A DNA stretch of 64,000 bases from a virus: positions 2,885 to 66,884 of IMG/VR virus record IMGVR_UViG_3300037485_001992; one strand, 5' to 3'. Positions within the stretch are counted from its first letter, which is position 1. The number at the start of each line of letters is the position of its first letter. A model generated the notes under the pieces. That model searched no databases. It was not told the DNA's origin and saw nothing but the letters and a program-made list of their open reading frames with translations. Shown here piece after piece: positions 47,382-55,540 of the stretch. The position numbers and the translations under genes were made by a program.

Positions 47382-48919
47382 TATCTAACTCCTCTTTGCC
47401 GTAGTGTATTGACTTGTTGGCGCCGTTGCTGCATCCGAGTGACAGTCCCTCCCCCAAACACACGATTCCCTTTCTGCGCCCATTTCTTTGCAAGCTTCCT
47501 GAAGTGGGCCTTCTTGATTTCTTCTGGCAAGTCACACGGAACACTTTGCTGTCCAGGAATGAAGGGTGGCATTTCTCGGCAGAAGTATTGCAGTGGGTCG
47601 ACAAGATGATCCTTCTTTTTGTAGACCGCTCCGTCAGGCTTACGGCGATACTGGTAGATTTGCCTGACAAGCGCAGCCGCACCCACTTTGAAAAACTTGA
47701 CTCTCCCCGCAACGACCTGGTCTCTTGCGTTGTTGATGAGGATTTCCTTGTTCTTCTTGTGGACACAAGGACGCCACTTGCCAAGCTTCCCTGTCGAGTG
47801 AGCACCAAACCACGCTTCCGCATTGTCATAGACGCTCATGTAGTAGCGGAAATCTTCGTAAGGGGCGAGGCTGTCAATCACCCCTTCGATGTCATCAGCT
47901 TTGGCAAGTTTCCCGGTCCACTCTATCTCCCGAGCAATGGTTGCGTACCACTGTCCATCATTCGGATCTTCAGCAAATATAACAACACCAGTCCGATGCG
48001 AAGCGGGGTCAGCGAATCGTACTTGCCGCCAATCGAGAGGTATCTCAAAATCATCAACGCAAATGGGAGTGACATTCTCGAAAATCCTTTGCCCTTCAGG
48101 AATCTCTTCGTACCATTCGCCCGTCATACGAGCGCGCCGGAGTGGCTCTGGGAGCCCCGCCCATTCGGCTATGGCTCGGGCGAGCTTCTCCGGGTTGTCA
48201 CGGTAGACGGGGTTCTCGTTGAGCGCCCACTGGTGGACAGACATTTGCGTGTGCTTGTCCACGTATTCGCGTATGTCTGGCACCTTCACGACGGGTGTGA
48301 AGCCAAGGATGAAGTCAGCGCCGTGGTCGAGGCAGCGCGTGACAAGTTCTGATAGGACAAGGAGTGATGGGGGCATCTCGTCAATGTAGACGCCACCCGA
48401 CACCGCGCGACCCATCTTCGAGAGAAGGTTTTGTGAGTAGGTCTTGAACTCTACCACGTCGCCGTTGCGGAAGGTGATGCTCTCCAAATACTCCTCGCCC
48501 TTGTCTTTCTTCCATGAAAGACCAGAGACAAAATCATCGTCTGTGTAGTACCACTTGGGAAAGAATCGTTCGAGGTACATCTTCCAAATGGTTTCACGCA
48601 GGAATTCGAACGTAGGTGCCACCACCCACCAGGTCTTCCCGCCGTCTTTGAAGTAGGACTTTTCATCCCACCTCTGCCACTTCTTGATGTACGGGTGGCG
48701 CCTCATCACCTTCCACGACAGGTCTCGCATCGTCGTGAAAGTCTTTGCGGCACGGTTTCCGCACCGCGCCAATTTCGTCAGCGCCTCGTCGGCGAGGAAA
48801 CGCTTTTGTGCGTCAAACACCACCGCGTCAGCTTGCCACGGAATCAGCATGTCTTGGCGGTTCTTTTTATCGAGAAGAAGCGCCTCGCGATACGCTTTTA
48901 CGTCGTCATGCGTTATCAC
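47381..48919 (-). CDS. terL: Terminase large subunit
   Basis: CGNRAAKT, WVVAPT, VYIDE, GFTP, RARMTGEW, FADPA, DHLVDPLQY. Confidence 0.92.
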   Translation of the reverse strand: MITHDDVKAYREALLLDKKNRQDMLIPWQADAVVFDAQKRFLADEALTKLARCGNRAAKTFTTMRDLSWKVMRRHPYIKKWQRWDEKSYFKDGGKTWWVVAPTFEFLRETIWKMYLERFFPKWYYTDDDFVSGLSWKKDKGEEYLESITFRNGDVVEFKTYSQNLLSKMGRAVSGGVYIDEMPPSLLVLSELVTRCLDHGADFILGFTPVVKVPDIREYVDKHTQMSVHQWALNENPVYRDNPEKLARAIAEWAGLPEPLRRARMTGEWYEEIPEGQRIFENVTPICVDDFEIPLDWRQVRFADPASHRTGVVIFAEDPNDGQWYATIAREIEWTGKLAKADDIEGVIDSLAPYEDFRYYMSVYDNAEAWFGAHSTGKLGKWRPCVHKKNKEILINNARDQVVAGRVKFFKVGAAALVRQIYQYRRKPDGAVYKKKDHLVDPLQYFCREMPPFIPGQQSVPCDLPEEIKKAHFRKLAKKWAQKGNRVFGGGTVTRMQQRRQQVNTLRQRGVR

Positions 48920-49236
48920 TTCTTACGCGCCCTCAGACGATTCGAACTTGCAGTGTTGGATGCGCGCGACCCAAACTTGCCCATCATATCTTTCCCCGTT
49001 GTACCTTTGTGAGCACCAGGAAACTTGTGCATTGCGACGACGTCTGGGCCTGGGTCTTTCCCACCATTCGCAGCAAGGAGTTTCTCACGCAATGAGGTCA
49101 CGATTTTTCCGTAGTTATCCTTACCCTTCACGAACTTCGAGCGGACCAGGTGGTACCCGCGGCCCTTCGCCGTTTCAGATTTGCGCGACTGTTCGCCATG
49201 GCCTCGGACTCGGGCTTTGAATGCTTCAGCTGACAT
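48916..49236 (-). CDS. Small basic protein with degenerate HNH-like motif, coupled to TerL
   Basis: GKDPGPDVVAMHK...SRASNTASSN; GGGGGAG SD. Confidence 0.55.
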   Translation of the reverse strand: MSAEAFKARVRGHGEQSRKSETAKGRGYHLVRSKFVKGKDNYGKIVTSLREKLLAANGGKDPGPDVVAMHKFPGAHKGTTGKDMMGKFGSRASNTASSNRLRARKK

Positions 49237-49297
49237 GTGTGCTCCCCCGTTTCCATGATAGGATAACACCGTACACCAACCAAGGGGAGAAGCGCCA

Positions 49298-49951
49298 ATG
49301 TTGCCCAACCTTCGCGACCCAGTCGACGCCTCAGTCAAAGCGGCAGATTTGAATCTTCATGTGTGTCACGCCTGGTGGAACAGTGCGCCACTTCTTGGTG
49401 ACGACTACCAGCGCGCGTGCATCGGGACGAACCTTAATTGGCAGGTGCTGACGCTTTACTGGCAGGTGCGGAACAACTTCGGAAGAAAGATGATTCGCGA
49501 TACGTTTGGTTTCGAGTGGGGAGGGAGCCCGGAAGAAGAGGCCATCAACGCGACCATCCACTGCCAAGGAATCCAAAACCTCAAAGATTTGCCGGGTGAC
49601 GAGACTTTCTGGGGGACGTTCGAGATTGTGTGGAAACAGTGGGTCAAGTGGATGGCGACACTGAACGAAGTGCGGGTGGGAAAGCCTCTTCCTGCGCCCG
49701 TTCCCCCGCCCGTTCCCCCGCCGCAGGCACCAACGCCACCCCCGGCGCCGAAACCTGCGCCTACGGTCCCAGAAACGCCAAAACCGACCACCCCTGCCCC
49801 GTCCTGGCGAAGCACTCTCCTGAAGGTGGGTCTTGCCCTGGCTGGGGTGGCTGCGCTCTTGTCCGTTGCCTCGTTCTTTGTTCCCGCGTTGGCACCAATT
49901 GCAGCTGCTTTGAAAGCTCTCGGTACCTTGCTACAATCAACTGGAAAGTGA
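49298..49951 (+). CDS. Hypothetical protein with Pro-rich linker and C-terminal TM anchor
   Basis: GGGGAG SD; PAPVPPP linker; hydrophobic tail. Confidence 0.7.
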   Translation: MLPNLRDPVDASVKAADLNLHVCHAWWNSAPLLGDDYQRACIGTNLNWQVLTLYWQVRNNFGRKMIRDTFGFEWGGSPEEEAINATIHCQGIQNLKDLPGDETFWGTFEIVWKQWVKWMATLNEVRVGKPLPAPVPPPVPPPQAPTPPPAPKPAPTVPETPKPTTPAPSWRSTLLKVGLALAGVAALLSVASFFVPALAPIAAALKALGTLLQSTGK

Positions 49952-49979
49952 CCCGAACAACTCTTGAAAGGAGTTTCCT

Positions 49980-50252
49980 ATGACCGGAGAAGACGTGAAA
50001 GAAGTGTCCGAAGTTGAAGTGGCCCTCATTGCCGTCATCAAAGTTGGCTTCAAGAAGGCTTGGAATTTCGGGGAAATCTGGAAGGAGTGCACCACCAACC
50101 CCATCCTCCAAGCAAAGTTTCTCGCTGCGGTGCAAGGGTGTGTAGACATCCCCGGTGAGCTGAAGAACATGACGATGGCGAAGTGGTTTGACCTGGCCAA
50201 AGCTGCCCTCAACGAAATCATGGCAGAGAATCTGGCTCTTCTGGGAAAGTGA
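49980..50252 (+). CDS. Hypothetical protein
   Basis: AAAGGAG SD; AAVQGCVDIPGELK. Confidence 0.7.
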   Translation: MTGEDVKEVSEVEVALIAVIKVGFKKAWNFGEIWKECTTNPILQAKFLAAVQGCVDIPGELKNMTMAKWFDLAKAALNEIMAENLALLGK

Positions 50253-50261
50253 GGTCCCGCG

Positions 50262-50456
50262 ATGATTCCAGTCGACTCCGATCCGAAAATCGCGGCGAAA
50301 GAACGTATGCGAAGGAAAATCGTCAAAGGGATGTCGAAAAAAGCCAAGACCGAAGCGAAAGAAGACCCTCGCGTCGGGAGTATTGACCAGCATCGCTTGA
50401 AGAATCTTGCCTACGATAAGTTGAACACGAAGAAGATGCGTGCCAAGATGTGCTGA
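50262..50456 (+). CDS. Small basic hypothetical protein
   Basis: GAGGT SD; follows the previous gene. Confidence 0.55.
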   Translation: MIPVDSDPKIAAKERMRRKIVKGMSKKAKTEAKEDPRVGSIDQHRLKNLAYDKLNTKKMRAKMC

Positions 50457-50600
50457 TTCCTATTCGTCCCCTTCTCTCACTTTGCTTCAATCGCATAGCA
50501 GGACAAACAAAAGGTGAGGCTGGAAGGGGAGTTTTTCGTTTGTTTTAAGGCGTATAGGGGTGTTGGTATGAGAAGCAGGGAAGGGGAAGAATTGTGTCGG

Positions 50601-50912
50601 CTACCCGCTACTTGCGCGCCGACTCGCATTGGTTCCATGCGGGCTTGAATTCCAGGCGTATCTGCTTTCAAGTCTATCCTGGACCGATTTGATTATCCCC
50701 AGTTTATTCTCTATCGGCACGCGCAGCGCGCTCTTAAAGACGTGACCAGAGCCTTGCAGAAAATCTACATCTGCAAAATACCCAAGGCACAAAGTTTCGT
50801 CAAGAGTCTCGTGAAAGAAAAATCGCCACCCGGTGTGAGGGGTGGCGCGGAGGTTAAATCGAGTGAGTTCGCTCTCAGGAAACAGTTTGCCTGATTCCTT
50901 CGTCGGCTGCAA
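50601..50912 (-). CDS. Hypothetical protein
   Basis: Continues the minus-strand operon; start uncertain. Confidence 0.45.
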   Translation of the reverse strand: MQPTKESGKLFPESELTRFNLRATPHTGWRFFFHETLDETLCLGYFADVDFLQGSGHVFKSALRVPIENKLGIIKSVQDRLESRYAWNSSPHGTNASRRASSG

Positions 50913-51738
50913 TGAGCCCCCGCGTCAGAATCGTGGCGAACTCTCCAGCCCAAGCTTCAATCTCTGCCTCTCCCGCGCGCGGAGTGATGGGGAAATTGAC
51001 GACAAGGCTCGGGATTTCCGTGTTGGGAAACTCTTCCCGAGGAACGGTCACAACGCTCTCGTCGAGAATTTGGAAACCCCCGTCGCGTAGGGTTTCAAGC
51101 AACGTGTCATTGAGGATGCACAGAGGCATGGGGATGGGCTGGTCTTCGTACCGAGGGGTGGTGAGTTCCGCGGTGCGGCCCATGGCCACGACGGTACGCA
51201 GACCAAGGTACACATGTGTCCCGGCAGGAATGGCAGGCTCTGCAATCTTCCCATCATTCTCCGCTTCGTAATGGAAGTGAACGTCGAAACCCTCTTCATC
51301 AAGGAGAGAGAGAAGCTCGTTGCCAAGCGCCAGGGCTGCTTTCATCTTGCGCTTCGAAGCTGCGCCACGAAGGCCCCAGGTGCTGGCGTCAAGGAATACA
51401 GAGATACGCTTTGGTACGTTGACTTCTGCAGCGACGGATTTGATGAGCGCGTCTGCTTCAGCGAAACGCTTGCGAACCGCGCGCCAGTCTCGCGACGGGC
51501 ATCCTTCAGGGAATCGCTTCGGACAAAGATACTCAAGCCACTCGCCACAACTTCCCCACGAGCCACGAGAACCGGGAACGGCGAGAGCCCAGCGCAGGAA
51601 ACCGGCGAGGTCTCCGTTCTTGAGGCACGGGTCATCTTGCATGAGCGCGAGAGATACATGCGCCAATGCGAGATGAGGGAATTCTGGAAGCAGGGTCAGA
51701 CTTTGCACGGCCACAGACCGCGCTGCTCCTTCTGTCAT
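50875..51738 (-). CDS. Degenerate endolysin paralog (probable pseudo-enzyme)
   Basis: Colinear by-eye similarity to both domains of 52125..53390, with catalytic residues absent. Confidence 0.6.
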   Translation of the reverse strand: MTEGAARSVAVQSLTLLPEFPHLALAHVSLALMQDDPCLKNGDLAGFLRWALAVPGSRGSWGSCGEWLEYLCPKRFPEGCPSRDWRAVRKRFAEADALIKSVAAEVNVPKRISVFLDASTWGLRGAASKRKMKAALALGNELLSLLDEEGFDVHFHYEAENDGKIAEPAIPAGTHVYLGLRTVVAMGRTAELTTPRYEDQPIPMPLCILNDTLLETLRDGGFQILDESVVTVPREEFPNTEIPSLVVNFPITPRAGEAEIEAWAGEFATILTRGLIAADEGIRQTVS

Positions 51739-52103
51739 GGTGCGTTCACTCCTTCCACTCCACGAGCTTCCCTGTCCTTCTTGCGCTTCTCAAGCCACAT
51801 AAGCGCCTCGTCGAGCTTCGTGATGGCTACAGAGTTCTCACGACAAGGGAAGTGGCTGTTGAGGCCCACAAGAATGAGTCTCGCCGCTTCAATCATCGTG
51901 TCGACCTGGCACCCGTTGAGGCCATAGGTTTTAATTGGGCCAAGCTGCAGCTTGAATGAGATGGTGTTCATTCGTTCCGTAATGTTGATAGGAAACTCGT
52001 CACGCAGCTTGTCAAAGTCGTCCCAAGACATCTCTGGTGGCTTGACTCTCACAATCTTGAATCCGCCAATCTTTTCTGTACCTGCCAAAGTCTCTAATGC
52101 CAT
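51735..52103 (-). CDS. tad1: Tad1-like (Acb2/Tad1 family) anti-defence nucleotide sponge
   Basis: LQLGPIK..GLNG...FPCRENSVAITKLDEALMWLEKRKKDREARGVEG matches the recalled Tad1 C-terminal pattern (REN..A.T...EALMW..R..DR..R.V.G). Confidence 0.75.
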   Translation of the reverse strand: MALETLAGTEKIGGFKIVRVKPPEMSWDDFDKLRDEFPINITERMNTISFKLQLGPIKTYGLNGCQVDTMIEAARLILVGLNSHFPCRENSVAITKLDEALMWLEKRKKDREARGVEGVNAP

Positions 52104-52124
52104 ACGTTCTCCTCAGTAGTCTTG

Positions 52125-53390
52125 TTACGCATTCTTGTTCGCTTTCAACCATGCCACAATGGCCTCTGCCTGTGCAACACCAGCCTTCGCGCTCCACTCT
52201 TGGTGGTTTCCATCTGCGCTCTTGTGGTCGATGAAATAGGACTCGATGAGAAGACAAGCCCTCACGTCTGTCGCTCTCGCTGCGTTGGGAACAGTGTACC
52301 CCTCCTCACGACTCCCGGCGTCAGGAACCTCAATAGCTGGTGTGACTTTGTCGTCCAGTGCTGCAGCAATCGCCTTTGTCATCATCTTTGCGAGAGAGAC
52401 GTCATTGGCGTTCGATTGAGTCCCAAGGAACGCAACGCAGTGTTGAGCCTTTTCGTAGTACCAGTTGTGGTGTTGCGAGATAAAAACGTCATACCCTGCT
52501 GCTCTGGCGCCCCTGTCGTGAAGGGAAAGTCCTGCAGGTTCCACATCGACTGGACACCCAAGCTCCCGAAGCCTTTTTACACAGGCGTTCACCGCAATCT
52601 CATTGAGGCTCCGCTCTGTGGTCTTTGAGTCTGCATCCACCGCGCCAACATCAAAAGTGCCGTCTACGAGTTTCCCGTGGCCAATATCAATGCAAACTCC
52701 CTTCCTCTGCCAGTATTTCTCTACGGGTTTCGGTTCAGAAGTAGGTTCAGCAGGTTTCGGGTCCGTGTGTGCAGGGGAAACTACGAAGTAGGTAAAGTCC
52801 ATCGGAGCGTAGTCTGCCAACGCTTCGAGGATTTTGTTCCCCTTCGTGCTGATAGAGTGGAGGACCTTGAAATCTTCCGTAGGAGGAGGGACAGTCGTCC
52901 CATCCGCCACGCGCAGGAGTTCAGACGCTTCAAAAAGCAGGTTTTGGTGGATGTAGTCTGCATAATCAAGCCCACCGTGCTTTGCTTTCCACGCTTCGGT
53001 GAAACCTGGGGGACAATAGTGAGGCCCAATGTGCTTGAGGAATGCGAGCCCACCTTGCCTGGCCGCGACTCGCCAGTCTCCATAGTGTTCCCAGTTATCA
53101 AACCAAGAGAAGTACCCGTGAACAGCAGCAGAGAAGGAAAAGAATTGAGCATAGAGTCCTGGCCCATCTGAGGCTTGATAATCGACTCCCTTGGCGTAGG
53201 GAGCGAGGAACGGATGATAATGAATTCCTAGTGGGTTGCTGTGCTGCTTGAACAACTCCGTTGTCCCGCGCCCGCATTCGAGTATCGCTTGTGCCACGAG
53301 GTACGGTTTGAGGGCGGGAAACTCTATCGTCGCCCGCTTCACAGCTTCCACAAAATCAAGAAATCCTGGGGTCGGTTTATCTGCCATCAT
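52125..53390 (-). CDS. Two-domain endolysin: GH73-like glucosaminidase plus Amidase_3
   Basis: VAQAILECGRG..NPLGI; IDIGHG, TERSLN, FISQHHN, LLIESYFID. Confidence 0.9.
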   Translation of the reverse strand: MMADKPTPGFLDFVEAVKRATIEFPALKPYLVAQAILECGRGTTELFKQHSNPLGIHYHPFLAPYAKGVDYQASDGPGLYAQFFSFSAAVHGYFSWFDNWEHYGDWRVAARQGGLAFLKHIGPHYCPPGFTEAWKAKHGGLDYADYIHQNLLFEASELLRVADGTTVPPPTEDFKVLHSISTKGNKILEALADYAPMDFTYFVVSPAHTDPKPAEPTSEPKPVEKYWQRKGVCIDIGHGKLVDGTFDVGAVDADSKTTERSLNEIAVNACVKRLRELGCPVDVEPAGLSLHDRGARAAGYDVFISQHHNWYYEKAQHCVAFLGTQSNANDVSLAKMMTKAIAAALDDKVTPAIEVPDAGSREEGYTVPNAARATDVRACLLIESYFIDHKSADGNHQEWSAKAGVAQAEAIVAWLKANKNA

Positions 53391-53398
53391 TTGCTCCT

Positions 53399-53644
53399 TT
53401 ATGCGTCTGCATCTTCTTTGTAATTGTGGATAACCACGATTCGTCTCGGGTAAATGTACGTTTTAGCACGGCACCAACAGTTTATACTCTCTTCGTGGCG
53501 CAACTCCAACTCTCCGTCATCCATCCTGATACCAAGCACCTCTTCACAAGGCGCCCAGTCAGCAGGCACCGGTTCGCTGTGAATCCCCAGCACGTCTTCC
53601 ACCGCTTCAGAGTATTCACAGTTGTTGATGTTGGGGCTTCTCAC
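53399..53644 (-). CDS. Small hypothetical protein
   Basis: GTGA-coupled; HEESINCWCRAK...VVIHN motif. Confidence 0.55.
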   Translation of the reverse strand: MRSPNINNCEYSEAVEDVLGIHSEPVPADWAPCEEVLGIRMDDGELELRHEESINCWCRAKTYIYPRRIVVIHNYKEDADA

Positions 53645-54252
53645 TTCGCCCAGGCTGTACCTCCCAAAATGGCTGTGGGTGTCCCTGTGAACGCTCCGCT
53701 CACAACGACAAACCGCGCCCTCACCCACGAATAGGGGTTGTCAACCTTCGCCACGGTTTGGGGAGACGAAGCAGTCACGAGGTTGATGGAGGAAATAGTC
53801 GTCCAAGACAACGCAGAAGTCGAGTTTGAGGGGTTTATGGCGCGTTCGACTTCACACGTTGCAACGTTCGCTTCTGGGGTGAAGGTGATGGTGGCAGCCG
53901 CGCTTCCCGTGTCCGTCAAATCAATCGGGACAGCCGTGGGTGCCACCGCGTCAGCGCGCGTCAAGGCGAGCTTGAAGGTGTCGTTATCGACCCAAATGAT
54001 GAAGTAAGCGGTGCCACTCACCAGGGGCGCAGGAACCGCAAGCCCATCCGTCGTGATGACAGCTGACATTCCTGTCTTGAAACCATGAGCTACTTTGGTG
54101 AAGGTGTTGTTGGGTTCAGAGACGTCGGTATCGGGGAGCGTGACAGGTGCCCCAGGCACGGCGGCAAGTACCCACGCGACGTCAATGACGAAAGATGGGC
54201 ATCCCCGAACATCTCCTTTGGTACCAATGCTCGTCTGGTAGTAATTCCTCAT
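53641..54252 (-). CDS. Putative virion structural protein
   Basis: NTFTKVAHGFKTG...YFII..DNDTFKLA beta module, frequent in phage structural proteins. Confidence 0.65.
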   Translation of the reverse strand: MRNYYQTSIGTKGDVRGCPSFVIDVAWVLAAVPGAPVTLPDTDVSEPNNTFTKVAHGFKTGMSAVITTDGLAVPAPLVSGTAYFIIWVDNDTFKLALTRADAVAPTAVPIDLTDTGSAAATITFTPEANVATCEVERAINPSNSTSALSWTTISSINLVTASSPQTVAKVDNPYSWVRARFVVVSGAFTGTPTAILGGTAWAK

Positions 54253-54512
54253 TTATTGTTCCTTCTTTCCTGGTGAAGTCTGATTTCTACTTGGAGTTTA
54301 GCAATATCGACGCGAAGATTCTGTAAGTCGTTTCTGATTCCTGTGAGTTCTTGCATGATTCCTGAGGTGGTGGTGCTGATTTGGTCCTCGACCTGGCGGG
54401 GGACGGCGGAAAGGGCAGTGATCGTCCAGCCACAGAATCCGGCAAGGGCCAAAACGATAGGGATGAGGAGATATTTTGAGGCATCCCCCCAGCTTACGTG
54501 CTCTTCATCCAT
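54249..54512 (-). CDS. Single-TM coiled-coil protein (holin/antiholin candidate)
   Basis: LLIPIVLALAGFCGW TM plus coil; upstream of the endolysin. Confidence 0.55.
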   Translation of the reverse strand: MDEEHVSWGDASKYLLIPIVLALAGFCGWTITALSAVPRQVEDQISTTTSGIMQELTGIRNDLQNLRVDIAKLQVEIRLHQERRNNK

Positions 54513-54575
54513 GAAAACTCCCGAATGTGGTAAGGTTAGAGGAGAACCAAGCCTAGAATACCACGGGAGGGAAGG

Positions 54576-54908
54576 ATGCGAAACGCCCCACGGAAACAGC
54601 GAAACCAGGACGGGTTTCTCCCCATTGGCCACCTTTGCGGTGGGATGGAAGTCATCTCTGAGCGGAAAAAGCGGACAGACGGGAAGAAAAACAATCTTTG
54701 GGGTTACGATTGCCTTTGTTGCTACTGTTTTCGGGTAAAATGGGTCTCATTTGCCTCATTATCAGGGGAGTGCGCGAAGAGTTGTGGGTGTATGACGGGG
54801 GAATGGCTCTCGAAGTCGAAAAAGAACTACCACGAGCCAAAGAAAGTGAAGGAAACGCGCGTCCTCCCATCAGACGAGTATGCGTTCGTTGATAGGTGGA
54901 CGCGGTGA
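54576..54908 (+). CDS. Zn-binding domain of HNH/AP2-type homing endonucleases without a nuclease domain (possible remnant)
   Basis: YDCLCCYC...V.FASL.G..KSCGC; GGGAGG SD; antisense to neighbours. Confidence 0.6.
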   Translation: MRNAPRKQRNQDGFLPIGHLCGGMEVISERKKRTDGKKNNLWGYDCLCCYCFRVKWVSFASLSGECAKSCGCMTGEWLSKSKKNYHEPKKVKETRVLPSDEYAFVDRWTR

Positions 54909-54911
54909 GAG

Positions 54912-55139
54912 TTACTTCTTGCCCTTTGCCTTGTACACGATGGAATCAGCGGTTATCTCTGCTTTAATCTTGGCCTTGCTTGCTGCGGCAAGGATTCCAG
55001 CATCGACCCATCGGTGCATGAGAGCTTCCATATCCGCCGCGTATCCAGGGAGAATCTGGCTCAGCTGTTCGTGGATATACATGATGCCGACGATGGAAAG
55101 CTCGGCCTTTTCTGCGTCTGTGAGTGCTGATTTGGCCAT
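54912..55139 (-). CDS. Hypothetical protein
   Basis: GAGGT SD; in operon. Confidence 0.6.
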   Translation of the reverse strand: MAKSALTDAEKAELSIVGIMYIHEQLSQILPGYAADMEALMHRWVDAGILAAASKAKIKAEITADSIVYKAKGKK

Positions 55140-55142
55140 GGT

Positions 55143-55505
55143 TCAAACCTCATCAAGCTGGGCCTGCGAAGGCTCACCATCAAGTGCAGCGTAAATCTGC
55201 ATCGCGATACCTGGGAAATAGTAGTCTCGCGCTTGGTCTTTGATCAATTGGACCGCCTTCGACTTCAAAGGAATTGCCGTTGGGTCTGCTGCTCTTTCAA
55301 GCTTCAGAACGATAAGGCGACGGAAATTTAGATCGCCTTCACTAAGTCCTTTAGTTTTCTCGGTTACCATTTTAAATGACGTGACAACCGCATCCAACAG
55401 TGTCATAGCCTTTCCGTCAAGCGTCATTGCCCTACCATCTGCAGGATTTGTTGCTGTTGCGGAGAGGTCATATGTAATAGTTTGAACTGTTTTTTCTTCG
55501 CTCAT
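55143..55505 (-). CDS. Hypothetical protein, possibly a tail-fibre chaperone
   Basis: AAGGAG SD; directly after the tail fibre gene. Confidence 0.6.
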   Translation of the reverse strand: MSEEKTVQTITYDLSATATNPADGRAMTLDGKAMTLLDAVVTSFKMVTEKTKGLSEGDLNFRRLIVLKLERAADPTAIPLKSKAVQLIKDQARDYYFPGIAMQIYAALDGEPSQAQLDEV

Positions 55506-55540
55506 TTCTTGTCTCCTTGTGACTTTTTGTTCATGCTATC

